Assembly: GCA_963575745.1 (NCBI GenBank)
Contig: CAUYUJ010000059.1
Location: 558,001 to 622,000 of the forward strand
Reading direction: 5' to 3'
Origin: Prorocentrum cordatum
Lineage: Eukaryota
Length of the DNA stretch: 64,000 nucleotides
The notes under the pieces are model-generated. The model did not search any database. It worked only from the letters and a program-made list of their open reading frames with translations, and was not told where the DNA came from. Positions within the stretch are counted from its first letter, which is position 1. Every line of letters starts with the position of its first letter. Shown here piece after piece: positions 35,567-48,399 of this stretch. The position numbers and the translations under genes are program-made.

Positions 35567-36909
35567 AAGTGTACTCTGTATTGTTGTTTGACAGGGATGG
35601 TGGGGGGAGGCCGCATCGGGTTCGCTGCGCATGCTCCGAATTTTGAGGCCGAGTGTGTTTTGCATTGTTTGTTACCAGGGATGGTGGGGGGGTACCCGCA
35701 TTGTTCCTGGTTGGCTCCCAGTCGCCTGGGGGAGGGGGTGTATATTAATAGGGAGCAGTGATAAACCCTGCCCCTAAGCGGAAGAAAGGGCTTGGAAGAG
35801 GAACCGCCCTAGACCACCTACGCCCAGAAGGCTGGTGTGAAGAATTTTCGATCACCAGGGAGATATATGACAAGATGGGAAGGGGGGGAAGAAGACGAAA
35901 CTCAAGAAAAAAAATACAAATATCGGGAATAGTGCGATGTGTGCTGATCTATTCGTGTGTGCCCCTGGGCGCCGTCAGGATTGAGCTGCGAATCCCTCGT
36001 GTTTGACGCGTCTCGGCGGCCTGGGGGGGCGCAGGATGTGCACGAGGGGTGTGCCGAGCCAGGGCCTCCGCGGTCCCGGGCGCGCGGATCATCCGTAAGT
36101 TGACGGTCGGACAGAGGTAAAGGATCGAGGTCGGCTCGTGGAGGGTGCCCCTAGTGTCCTTTGTGCCTGCTGTTCTTGCGCATCCAGGGGGAGGGGGTAC
36201 GCTCGAGTGATCTCCATGTTTGGGGGCGTTTTGCCCAGCGGAGGGTCACACGGTCTTGAAGGATGCGCTTCTGTCCTGGGTCCGACCGTAAGTCTACGCG
36301 TCCAGGGAGCACCCCCGGGAGACCTGCCTCATCGAAATATCCTCAAAGCATCTTGCAAATATCACAGGCCGGCGGAATTCGCGAGGCCTCTCCCTGCATG
36401 CGCTTACACATGCACGTCGCTCTGCTCCTTCATCCTCGCTTTCGTCATCTACCTTCGGCGGTTGTCATGGCGAGGTGCCGCAGGGGGCCCGCCGAGTGGA
36501 GCCCACAGAGCTGGAGTCACGGCGGGGCCCCTGGGGGAAGTTCCCACGCAGGTGTTGCAACCAGTGGGTGTTAGGGATTTGCCTCGACGAGGGCCGGTAC
36601 CAATCGTTGCAGTATTTTTTTGGGGGGGGGGCATATTTGCTCCCCTTGGAGGATTAGGCGGTTTTGGAGCCCAGCTAAGGGCCTGTGGGGTCCATGATGC
36701 ACGACGTGCGTGAGGGGTGTGCCGAATTGAGGCTCCAAGGAGCCGTCTCGGGGGCCAGCTGAGCGCCCAACGTTCACGAATTGCGTGAGGGGTGTACCGA
36801 ACTGAGGTTCCCATCAAATCGGAAGGGCAATTCACTCGTATTCCCACGTCCCCCAGGAGCCTCGAGGCCCACATCATTTATTCTTCCGTCAATTAGGCTT
36901 GCCTGAAGG

Positions 36910-37275
36910 GTTCCTACTCGGTTAAAGGTTGGTGCCTCGGGAGCTTACTTTGCCAGTTCCCCAGGGTTCCTCGGTTTCCCCGGGTTCCCCGTGTTCCCCA
37001 GGTTCTTCGTGTTTCTTGGGTTGTTACCCGGTTTCCCCGTTCCCTGGGTTCCCCAGGTTCCCCGGGTGCCTCGGGTTGGTTCCCCAGGTTCCCCGGGTTC
37101 CCCGGGTTTTCGGGTTCCCCAGGTTCCCCAGGTTCCCCGCCTTGGGTGCTTCGTGTTCTTGTTGTGCCCGTTCCAAGCAATGCCAAACAATGCCAAGCAT
37201 TGCGCCCGTGCAGTAAGAAGTTTTCCTCAAAATTGGGGTTGCGCCGGGTTCATGAAAAAGAATGATACCCGAGAA
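36910..37275. repeat. (GGTTCCCC.)n 9-bp minisatellite element
   Basis: GGTTCCCC(A/G) units from ~36955 to 37140. Confidence 0.75.
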
Positions 37276-37299
37276 AAAAAAAACAATGATAATATTTGT

Positions 37300-37693
37300 A
37301 GGGATAGAGGGCTATGAGGCTATAGGGCTAGAGATATTTAGGGCTATAAGGCTATGGGGCTAAAGGGCAATAGGGCTATATAGAGACATAGGGCTATAGA
37401 GACATAGGGCTATTGGGCTATAGGACTATTGGGCTACAGGGCTATAATGCTATAAGGCTATGGAGCGATGGGGCTATGGGGCTATAGGGATATAGGGCTA
37501 CAGCGCTATTAGGGCTATAGGGGTATAGTGCTATAGGGCTACCGAGCACCCTGGCACCCAGGCACCTGGGCACCCAGGCACCCAGGCACCCGGGCACCCA
37601 GGCACTTAGGCGTGCCGCCGAAATCGGCGCCACACCTCACCTAACCATATGAATCGGGTAGGACCTCTACAGAGGCAAGCTCTCATTGGGGAA
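37300..37693 (-). mobile_element. Short HINE-like element, copy 2 of the 17003-17284 family
   Basis: Same (GGGCTATA)n then (GGCACCCA)n arrays and near-identical end ACCTAACCATATGAATC.G.TAGGACC.CTACAGAGGCAAGCTCT.ATTGGGGAA. Confidence 0.85.
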
Positions 37694-39279
37694 GAAATTG
37701 TCCCATGAGCTTGAGGGAGCAGATCAGTCGTATGTTCGCGTGTCCCAGTGGAGGTAGGAAATGCATGAGGACTGTCTAGGATTGAGCCCTTCATGGCCCT
37801 CGGAGCGCAGATCATTTTTATTTTCAGGTGTCCCAGTAGAGTGTGGGGCACGAAACGCGTGAGGGGTGTGCCGAATCGAAGCCTTCGTTGGGCAAAATGT
37901 GTGAGGGGTGTCCCGTATCGAGGCTGTCGTAGTTTTGGGAGCGCAGATCAGTTGTATTTGCATCACGTGTCTTTGGAGCTGTCACGCACATGGGCCTAGC
38001 CCTGGGAGCGCATGTCACTCATATTACGCGCCCCAGGCAGATTATAAAACATGCCTCATCGAAACATCTTCGGGCCAGAGGAATCAGCGAAATGCTTTAC
38101 GCATGCTTCTCACCATCCTTAATGTCATCAGCATCACATCATCTACCCTCGACGGCCAACACGGCGAGAACCCGCAAAAAGCCAGCCGATTCCAATCGTT
38201 TCGCTCACTCCGCTGGCCCATATTGCATCAACGTTGGCACTTGCTTTGCGTGCTCACGGGGGCTGAGAAGGCAGTGGGTGGTTGTCGTTTCCTTGAGTTG
38301 TCGCGTCAAACTCGCTTGGGAGAGGAACAACGGCAAAGTAGTCTAGGCAACACTCCACGGAGTACACCACCACCGAAGTTCCGTCAGTGCATCCCGCCGC
38401 CATGCTTGGGTCGTGGGTCAGAGGCGTGTTGAATGCCTTTCGGGCTCTCTTTGAACGCCCATCGAAGGCCTCTTGGAGGCTCATTGGGAGTCTCCTGGGG
38501 CTTCTTGGCCTCCTGGGTGCTTCTTGAAGGGTTCTTGGAGAATCTTGGGGCCCGTTGGGGGCTTCTGGGCCACTCTCGGGGAGACGTTGGCGGTCTCGGA
38601 GGCCCACCTGGGGGGGTTCTTGGGCCATCTTGGTGCCCCCTTGGGCCGTCTTGGGGATCGCCTGCGGGCCTCTGGGCCCGTCTTGGAGCGACCTCGGGGG
38701 CCTCTCGGGCTGCCTTGGATTGTCGGAAGCCCGGAGGAGCAAGAACACTAAACCGCTCAAGAATGTGAGGAAGATCAAGGATTTTTGCATCTTGGCCGTC
38801 AGATAGCACCTGGTGGCTCCCCTTGCACATGTTACGCCTGATGCATCTCGATGACCTTTAGCGAGATTGAGTAGGAGAAGCAAGAACGAGTGTGCATGAG
38901 TATGAGTGTGGGCGGAGGCTCGAGGGGCAGGAAGTGGAGGATCGAGGGTGAGGAGGATCGAGGAGGAGCAACAGCAGCAGGAACAGGAGCAGGAGCATCA
39001 CAAAAAGACAAGCCCCGTTCCCGCCTGCATACCTTGGCCAGCCATCTTCCTCGATCATCTTGATCGCCTGGTCGGGGGATGGTTCTCTATATTAATCCTC
39101 CTCCTTCTCCTCATCTTCCTCGAGCCTCATCCCTCTCCTTCTCCTCCTCCTCCTCTCTGCTCCTCCTCCTCTCTGCTCCTCCTCCTCCTCCTCCTCCTCC
39201 TCCTCGTCCTCCTCCTCCTCCTCCTCCTCCTCCTCCTCCTCGATCCCTGTCCTCATCTTAACCGGGGGAGGCTACATGT

Positions 39280-40330
39280 GAGTGATTAGAGTATGAACGG
39301 TCTGCGCGTATACTTATGATTATGAGTGAGCTGATTATCAGTCGGTCTGAGCGTGAGTGGTCTGAGTACTGAATGAGCGAGTCTGGGTATGAACGCGTCT
39401 AAATGTGGGAGACTAAGTACGAGTGAGTCTAGGTGTGGACGATATGAGCGTGAGTGGTCTCTGTGTGTGATCCGGAAAATGGTTGGTCTGAGTGTGAGTG
39501 GACCTAGGTGTGTGCGATTGAGTCTGAGTGTGAGCAGGTCTGACAGAACATGTTTTGTGGACGTTTGGAAGGGAGCGGGGGGATCGAACCCGGGGGGGGG
39601 CCTTGAATTGCAAGGGGGCGGGGGGTTCGAACCAAGGGGGGGGCCCGCCCTCCTCAGGGTGGGGGGGGCGGTTCGAACCCGGGGGGCGGGGGGGTCCTGA
39701 ATTGCAAGGGGGGGTGGGACTCGAACCAGGTAGGTGGGGGAGCCCTCCCTCCCCAGTGGCAACCGACGACGGCGAGCGCGAGCGCCGGCGCCACCGCAGT
39801 CGGGCAGCGACGACGGAGACGACGACGACGACGACGACGACGATGATCGATCGAGCCTTAGTAGGATGCGGTTAAGGCTGGATCGAGCCCTGGTGAGGTT
39901 CAATCAGAGCTGGAGCGAGCCCTAGCAGGGTTCAATTAGATTATGATATCGCTGTGGTCGGATTCTTAGTAGAGCTGCATCGGGCTTTGGTAGCATTCAC
40001 TTGGAGGCGGACCCAGCCATAGTCAGATTCCGTTAGAGCTGGACCGAGCCCGATTTGGATGCTATTGAAGTTGGGTCCTGCTATAGTTGGATTCTATCAG
40101 TGTTGAATATAGTAGTATCCCAGTAGACTTGGATCCGGCTAAAGTAAGATTCTACGAGCGTTGGACCGAGCCCGATTAGGATGCCATCACAGCTGCATCC
40201 AGCTACAGTCGGATTTCATTAGAGCCTGATCGAGCACTGGTAGGATTCTGTTTGGGGCAAGGGGGGGGCAGTTCGAATCCCCCCCCCCCGAGCGAATTCG
40301 GTTCGAGAAGCCAGTGTCCAGAGGGGGAGG
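39280..40330. repeat. Composite repeat block: (GAGT)-rich segment, GGTTCGAACC/G-run repeats, ~32-bp degenerate array
   Basis: GAGTGAGTCT-type motifs 39280-39540. TCGAACC with G-runs 39575-39730 and 40260-40310. TAGAGCTGGA.CGAGCCC units 39850-40250. Confidence 0.6.
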
Positions 40331-40386
40331 CGAGCGCTTCAAATGTTTAGGGTGGGGGGCTCCTTGTTCCGACGTGTCCAAGGATA

Positions 40387-43300
40387 TTTCCCCACCTCCA
40401 ACGTGGGGTTCCAGTTTTCTCTGCGCACCCCCCGCGCAGGTACCTCACCCAGCGCCTCTCTCTCCTCCCATCACCATCCCAGTACCATCACCATCATCAT
40501 CAAATCATCACCACCGTCACCATCACTTACTCATTCATTCGACACCACACATCTTTATCATAATCGCCATCATCACCACCATCATCATCTCACACGCACG
40601 CTCTCACTCGCGCTCCCACAAACACGCATTCATCATAACCAGCCAACATTGTCAACATCATCATCACCCGTCATCGCTTTCACACCGTAATCATCACTTT
40701 CATCATCCCACCGTGATCATCGGCCAGTAACATTACAGTCACACTCACTCACACACTCACACAGTCATATCGAGGACCTCTCGAGCGGGAGTCTCGCCTG
40801 TGAGTGAATCACGAAGAAGCCTCGAGCGAGAGCCCCCTCCCCACCGGTCCCGCGCATCATGTTCTTTCCCCAAACAGCTTGCTGAACGGGGTGCTGTTGT
40901 GATAGAAGCTAACTCCGGCCGAGGGAAATCAAAGCATAGACGTCCTCAAAAAAATTTGGTGGTCCAGACCAGTTCGCCTGAGACATCTTCGCAACTCTCG
41001 TTTCTGAGTTGTCTGGGATTGGGCGTTTCGCGTGAGACATCCTCCAAACTCTGAGTTCCCAGATGTCGCGCGCGAGATGGTCTGGCCCATTTCGCTTGAG
41101 ACATCCTCCAAACTCTGAGCTCTCAGATGCCGCGCGCGACATGGTCCAGCCCGTTTCGCCTGAGACATCTTCCAAACTCTGAGCTCCCAGATGCCGTGCG
41201 AGAGGTGGTCCGGCCCGTATCACCTGAGACATCCTCGCAATTCTGAGCTCTGAGATGCCGTGCGCAAGGTGGTCCGGCGCGTTTCGCCTGAGACACTCTC
41301 GCAACTCTGAGTTTTGAGATGCCGCGCAAGAGGTGGTCCAGCCCATTTCGCTTGAGACATTCTCGAAACCCTGGGCTCCGAGATGCCGCGCAAGAGGTGG
41401 TCCGGCCCGTTTCGCTTAAGACATCCTCCAAACTCTGAGCCCTGATCTGCCGTGCGCGAGGTGGTCCGGCCCGTTAAGCTTGAGACATCCTCCAAACTCT
41501 GAGCCCTGAGCTGTCGCCCAAGAGGTGGTCCGACCCGTTTCACTTGAGACATCCTCACACGTTTGCATTCCGAGATGCCGCGCGAGAGGTGGTCCGGCCC
41601 GTTTCGTCTGAGACGTCCTCCAAACTCTGAGCTCTGAGATGCCGCGCGCGAGGTGGTCTGATCCATCTCGCCTGAGACATCCTCGCAACTCTGAGCTCTG
41701 AGATGCCGTGCGCAAGGTGGTCCAGCCTGTTTCGCACAAGACATTCTCGCAACTCTGAGCTCCCAGATGCCGCGCAAGAGGTGGTCCAGCCTGGGGGCCC
41801 AGAAGACCACATGTTACGTATCCTCCCTGGGAGCCCCAGGAGGCACCAGAGAGCCCCAGGAGGCCGCAGGACGCCCAGGACAGGCCCCAGGGGTCCCCAG
41901 GAGATTCCCAGGAGGCTCCCAGGAGGCCCCAGGAGGCCCCCTATCAGAACGTGTCAGGTTAATACACATCCAGTGTCGATTCGCTGATTTTTCCTGCTCT
42001 TGTGGCCCCCCCCCCATTTTGAGGGGCCCAAACGGCCACATGTTAGATATCCCCCCCAGGGAGCCCCAAGAGGCTTCAGGAAGCCCCAGGTGGAGTCCAG
42101 GAGGCCACAGGAGGCCCAGGAGGAAGCCCCAGGAGGCCCCCGCAACTCGGAGCTCTGAGACGCCGCGCTCGAGGTGGTCCGGCCCGTTTCGCCTGAGACT
42201 TCCTCGCAGCACGTTTCGCCCGAGACATCGTCGCAACTCTGGGGTCCGAGATGCCGCGCGCGAGGTGGTCCAGCCCGTTACGCTGGAGACATCCTCGCAA
42301 CTCTGGGCTCCGAGATGCCGTTCGGGATGAAGAGGAGGTGGAGGAGGAGGAGGAGGAGGAGGAGGAGGAGGATGAGAAGGAGAAGGAGATGGAAGGGAGA
42401 AGGAGGAGGAGGAGGATGTGGATGAGGGAGCAGGCAAGGAGGGGGAGGAGGAGGAGGAGGAGGAGGAGGAGGAGGAGGAGGAGGAGGGAGAAGGAAGGGA
42501 GTTGCAGGAGAGGACCTAACGGGAAGCGAGTGTGACGTGGACTTGTCAGAACGTGTGCGAGAGGTTGTCCGGCCCGTTTCGTTTGAGACATCCTTCCAAT
42601 ATTGAGCTCCAAGATGTCGCTCGCGAGGTGGTCCGGCCCGTTTCGCTTGAGTCATCCGCACAATGCGAAGCTCGAAGATGTTGCGCGCGAGATGGCCTGG
42701 CCCGTTCTGCCTGAGACGTTTCGTAGCACAGGGGCTCCAATCACAACCTCTCTCATTCCTTCTCCCGCCTCCCTCTTCCCGCGTCCCGCCTGGCTCCTCC
42801 TCCCTCCTCCCGCCTCCCGCTGCTACGCCTCTGCCTCCGCCTCCCCGTCCCCGCCGTCGTCGTTTCTGCCGCCTCAGCATCCGTCATGCGCGCCCTGCCT
42901 TCCGCCCTCCCGAGGCATCCGACGTCGCGATTTTCTTTTGAGACGTGCGCCGCATACCTCTCGATATCATCCCCGGGTGAACCATCACGACATGCCCCCC
43001 CGCTTCCGCGCCTTCCCCCGTTTCCTCTTACAGTTGCTTCCGAGTTCACAGCATGGCGGTGGAGCCTCTCACAGTGCCGACCCGACAGCTTATGCGTCGA
43101 CCAGGTGCGAGTACGACACCCTCTAGCGTTAGCTTCCTGATACATAGGCATGCGTCACACAAGTTTTCGTGTAAACATCTCATGTGCAGACATCATGTTA
43201 CCATGTTCGAACATGCCATGCCAGCCCGCAGTGGACGGGCATCATGTTACCATGGCATCATGCCATGCCATGCCATGGCATCATGTTACCATGTTCGACC

Positions 43301-44185
43301 TTGGAAACCGCAGTGGGTTTAAAAACCCGGTTTGGGGATACCGCATTCGGGCTATCATTTTTTCATCCCGCTGGGTCATCCTCAAAAGCTTGCACCTGTC
43401 GTCACATTTGGACTCCTCAGGCTTGAATATGGAGGAAGTCTCACGCGGGAGCCTCATCGGTAAGCGAATCGCAAGGCAGTCTCGAGCGGGAACCCCCTCT
43501 TTATGGGGCCCGCACGTCCCCCTTTTTAATCCCAGCGGCTCATCCTCAAACTTCTAATAGTCATCATGTTTGGGCTCCTGGATATGGAGGAAGTCTCAAG
43601 CGGGAGATTCGTCTGCGAGCGAATCGCGAGGAAATCTCGAGTGGGATCCCCTCCCTGCGGAGTCCCCACCTGCATGTTCGAACCCGATGGAGTCTTCTGA
43701 GACATGTAATTATCATTTTCTACAAGCCCCCCCAGGTCTCCCGAGTATGGAGGAAGTCTCGAGCGGGGGCGTCGTCTTCGAGTGAATCGCGAGGAAGCCT
43801 TGAGCGGGGATCCCCCCGTATGGTTCCCCACCTCCACATGTTTCATCCCTACGGCTCATCCTCAAACTTGTAATTGTTGTCATGCTTTGGTTTTCCAGGC
43901 GCGAGTGCGGAGGAAACCTCAAGCGGAAGCTTCGTGTGTGAGTGAAACGCGAAAAAGTCTCGAGTGGGAGTCCCTCCCTATGGAGTCATCATTTCCATAA
44001 TCGAATCCGAGCGGGTCATCCGAATATTTTAAGTGTCGTTTTTTTCTGGGTTACCCAGGCCTGAATTTGGAGGAAATCTTGAGCGGGGGCCTCGCTTGCG
44101 AGTGGATCACGAGAAATCTCGAGCGAAAGCCCACTTCCATATTCGACAAGAGGGCTGTGAGCTCCAGGGCTGAGGCGGAGCTTTC
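40387..44185 (+). mobile_element. Outer HINE-like element with ~158-bp array, interrupted by the 40865-43357 insertion
   Basis: Starts TTTCCCCACCTCCAACGTGGGG (hairpin, same end type as 16325). The array unit begins at 40770-40864 and resumes at 43358 (GGAGGAA.TCT at ~43430, 43586, 43749, 43909, 44069). Hairpin AGCTCC..GGAGCT near 44160-44182. Confidence 0.7.
40865..43357 (+). mobile_element. Inner HINE-like element with a 64-bp tandem array, inserted in a T run
   Basis: 5' TTTCCCCAAACAGCTTGCTGAACGGGG hairpin. 3' GTTTGGGGA (43330-43338, inverse of TCCCCAAAC) then stem-loop GATACCG..CGGGCTATC. GTGGTCC recurs every 64 bp from 41205 to 41781. Confidence 0.8.
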
Positions 44186-45789
44186 GGCAAAACTAGGTTT
44201 CGCGCTGCCTCCCGCCTGAGCGCGGCGGCGCCCAGCTCGAGGCCTGCGGGGTGGTCCCGACGGCTTGCTCCCGCGCCCCAGCGGCCCACGGGGTTGCCCC
44301 AACGGCCTGGCCAGCGGGGTTGCCCCAACGGTTTCGCGATCCGGCCATCGGAGAACGCGCGCATGTTGGCCGTGGCGGCGAGGGCACCGAGGAAAATCGT
44401 CATGCGTGCCTCGGCCTGAAGGAAAGAGACGCATTAGGGAACTACTGGGATGGAGAAGGAGGAGGAGGCGGACAACAGGAGGAGGAGGAGGAGGAGGAAG
44501 AGGAGGAGGAGGAGGAGGAGGAGGAGGAGAAGAGGGGGAGGAGGGGGAGGAGGAAAAGGACGATGAGGAGGAGGAGGACGACGGCGACGACGACGACGAC
44601 GACGAGGAAGAGGAGGCAAGAGGCAGGAGGAGGAGGAGGAGGAGGCAGGAGGAAAAGGGGAAGGCAGGAGGGGGTAGGAGGAGGGAGCAGGAGGAAATCC
44701 CCAGCCAATCTGAAAATATTACCCTGCGGGGTCCTATCGTCGGAGTAACAGTTCCAAGCAAGTGACCACACGAGACGCGCTTTTCTTGTTTGTCGGACAC
44801 AAGTATGCTCGCACCATGTTATGTAGGACGTCCTGCGGCACGTCTCCGAACACTTTTTACGTTGGCGGCGAGGCAGGGGTCGTCTGCGCTAGCGGAATGA
44901 GCTAAACGGGAGCGCCGCTGAAGCGAATCAGCCAGCATGCGAGAGCAGGAGCACGTCTCCAAACACGCCCGTGGACACGTCCATGCTGGCCCCAGGATCC
45001 ACCAAACGCCAGGTTGCCTTCGACGATCAGCCTTGGAACCAACCGAAAGCAAGAAGCACTGTCGCCTGTGAGCTGACAACGGCAGGGAGCAATAAACGAG
45101 CACACTCGCAAGGCACATGGCACGATCCACGCACGGACCATTTTGGCGACAAAACGATAGGCGGCAGGGACACGCGTGGGCAAGCCCAGAATGTACCTGA
45201 AACAATCCAGGGACGGCACATTATAGCGACGCGGCGATAGGGACCCACGAGTTGGTACGCTCGGAGTGCACCTGGAACGCACTTCTGTCTGGATTTGGGA
45301 TGCGCACTCTTCGAGCCAGGACGCTTGGAATGCGTTCGGACGATCTTGGGATGCACCGATTTGACGGCACAACGGTAGGGACCCACGCAACGGCATAACC
45401 AGAATGCAATCAGAATGACTTTGGGACGCACCATTGTTTGGCGGCACAGCGATAGGGATTCGCTAGCCAGCGCACACAGCATACATGTGTGTGACGGTCT
45501 TGGGATGCACTTTTGTCTGAATGTGGGACCGCCGAGCCAGAACGCATGGAACGCATTCGGGACGGTTCCCAGGGCGCACCCACCCTGGAGACCGCACAGG
45601 AGGCAGAATCCTCGCGTGGGCACACGGAATGTGCATCTGGCGTGCTGGCCATGTGCGCCCAAAGCATTCCCTGAGGACACGGCAGGAAGCACAATCGTCG
45701 AACTGGCACACACAGAATGTGGATTTGGCGTTCTGCTTTGGTGCGCCGAATATTGCGAAGGCCTTACGGCCGGTGCCGCCGACCCTGAA

Positions 45790-45823
<34 letters not shown>

Positions 45824-47919
45824 CGCTCCTGGGGGCCTTTTGGGGGTAGTTTGTGGGCCTCTTGGGAGGCTCTTAGGGGCCGCTTGGAAGCCTCGTGGAG
45901 GCCTCTTGGGGCTTCCTGGGGGTCTCTTGGAGGGGGCCTGGGACGTCTTGGAGGCTTCTTGGACGGTCTTGGGGCTATCTTGGGCGTTTTCGGCCGATCT
46001 TTGGGCGACTCGGGGCCCTCTTGGGCCGTCTCGGGGGCCATCTTGGGCATTCAAACCTCATTTGGAGTGTTTTCGAGGTTTCTAGGCCGCCCGAGGAAAA
46101 ACAAATCTGCCCCTCCCCCCCCACTCCCACCGGGACCCCCCCCCCCCTGGGGAAGGGATCAAAGGGAAGGGGCTTCCCTTCGACTCGATTACGACACTGC
46201 TAGATTTTTCTCTCGCTCACGAGCTTGAGAAGGAAGCTGCAGGGAAAGGGGACGACGGAGGCGACGACCGACGGAGACGACGACTCGAACAGCCAAGCCC
46301 CTCGCACACGCCGACAGGGTCGGCGGATTTGTTTGAGGACTTGGTGGGAGGGATGGCGTTATGTCTTCCGTCTTAAAGCTCTTGGGACTTTTTACAGACA
46401 AGCTACCAGGGGGTGGAAGGAGTAGGTACAGGGATGCCCTGCTGAACGTCTCCCACGCCGAACGCAGCGCGAGCTGCGCGCGACGCCGCCAGAGGCGGTG
46501 CCGCTGCAAGCTGCGCAGCATGTACGAGTTTTCGTGGCCGTTTGTTGCAGCGCCGAAGGGCGCGCCACGTCGAGCGGCGCCGCGAGCGCCGCCGCACGGT
46601 AAGTCACGTAGGAGGCGCCATCCACCGCATGAAGCAGGTGGAACGGGGAGGGGTACCAGCAAGTTAGACACACGCGACGTGGTTGGCCTGGGCCAACGCT
46701 GGATGCACATGTGGCCGCACGTCTTTGCAGCGATCGGTTCTTACACGGCATGGCACAATTGCTCCTCGCATGTGTATCCAACGAGTGGCCTCAGCATCTT
46801 CCGCGTGTGAAAGCCAGCTGCGTGCGTGTCCAGGTTCCTGGCCGGGGTGGACAAGAGTAAGGACGGAGAGGAGAGATGAAGTTTACCAGCCGGGGCTCTT
46901 CGTGGCACCACGAGAGCAAGTGCCGCGTGCAGCCGCCACTGCGTTAGGGCGAGAGGCTTTCCCCGCAGCCCCGCCTATTCGCGACTTGGGAGTTTGGCCT
47001 CACCCCGCTTCCAGGGGGCCGAAAGTTTAGGGACCTCGGGCAAAGAGGTGACGAGGAGGAGGAGGAGGAGGACGAGGAGGAGGAGGAGGAGGAGGACGAG
47101 GAGGAGGGAGGAGGGCGAGGAGGAGGAGGAGGAGGAGGAGGACGAGTAGGAGGGAGGAGGGAGGAGGGGCGGTGGCGCGCTTCAACGCTCTGCCACGACG
47201 CGCTCGCGCCGTATCTGACATCCCATCCCTCCCCCCGTCCGTTTCCACTGCGCCGGTTAGCTCTCTATCCGCGGACGCGTTGTCATAGCCCGCCTGCAGT
47301 TCCAAAAGGCCCCATAGTGTGATGTGCAATCGGAAGTGGGGAGTTGCGTATATAGGAGGAGGTGTCGGATGACCAGGAGCATGAGCAGGACAAAAAGGAT
47401 GAGGATGAAGGAGGAGGAGGAGGAAGACGAACAGCAGCAGCAGCAGGAACTAGAGCGCAAGGGGTAGGAAGAACGGGAGGAGCAGGGGAAGGCGGAGGAG
47501 GGCAAGAGAGATGGGCGACAACGATGACGAAGGATTCGGGTCCAGAAAAGTGGCCCGCGTTGGGGCGAGAGCGCCTCTCTTAACGACGGGAGCAAAGCGC
47601 CAATCCGAAAATGAGGCCCACGTCTCAGCGGTATCACCGTTTTGAAATGCCGAAAACAATCGCACTGCAAAAACACCGGAAATAACGCCTTCTGAAATAC
47701 AGTGGAAAAAAAAACAAACAAACAAAAAAAAAAAAAAAAGTACGCGGAAGGGGACGGGATACCTCCCGCACAAGGACAGGGGACACAGGAAAGCTGCATT
47801 CATATTGTGAGGTTGTCGAAGGGGAGAAGGAGAGGGAGAGAGAGAGAGAGGGAGGGAGGGAGAGGGGGAGGGAGAGGGAAATACATATATATATATACAC
47901 ACACACACAAACATATACA

Positions 47920-47953
<34 letters not shown>

Positions 47954-48399
47954 TGCGCGAGAGGGAGAGAGGGATACCGCAGCAGTTCGATTAGCCGCAG
48001 TCCGTCTGGCGCGAGGGTTGCCAGCGCCCTCCGAGCGAACCTCCTGTGGCGGGAACTACCGCTGTGCGAAGAGGCGTGGGGAGACTACCCTTCCTTTGGC
48101 GCGTTTTGTGGGGACCCCGACTGGACAGCAAGAGCGGGGCGTGGCGATAAGGGCGAGGCTTGCAGCCTTGGGGCAACCCCCGCAGCTGCCTAACTAGAGG
48201 GCAGCGGACGCGGATCAACAGCTCACGAAACCCATTGGGAGGAGAGGGCGTTGGAATTGGTGCGTTGCTGGTTTAGCGTTGAGCAGCGCAGAAGGCTTGT
48301 GGAGGGACGCCCCTCAGGAGACGGCACGCCGAAAGGCCTGCCACAAGCCGTCACAGTTCGGGGGTGGACAGAAACCCCACCCTGACACGTCGTTTAGTG

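Noticed and set aside
39575..40310. GGTTCGAACC / GTTCGAATCC as tRNA T-loop or Pol III B-box
   Set aside because: No cloverleaf or A-box spacing could be built; the motifs are repeated short palindromes among G runs.
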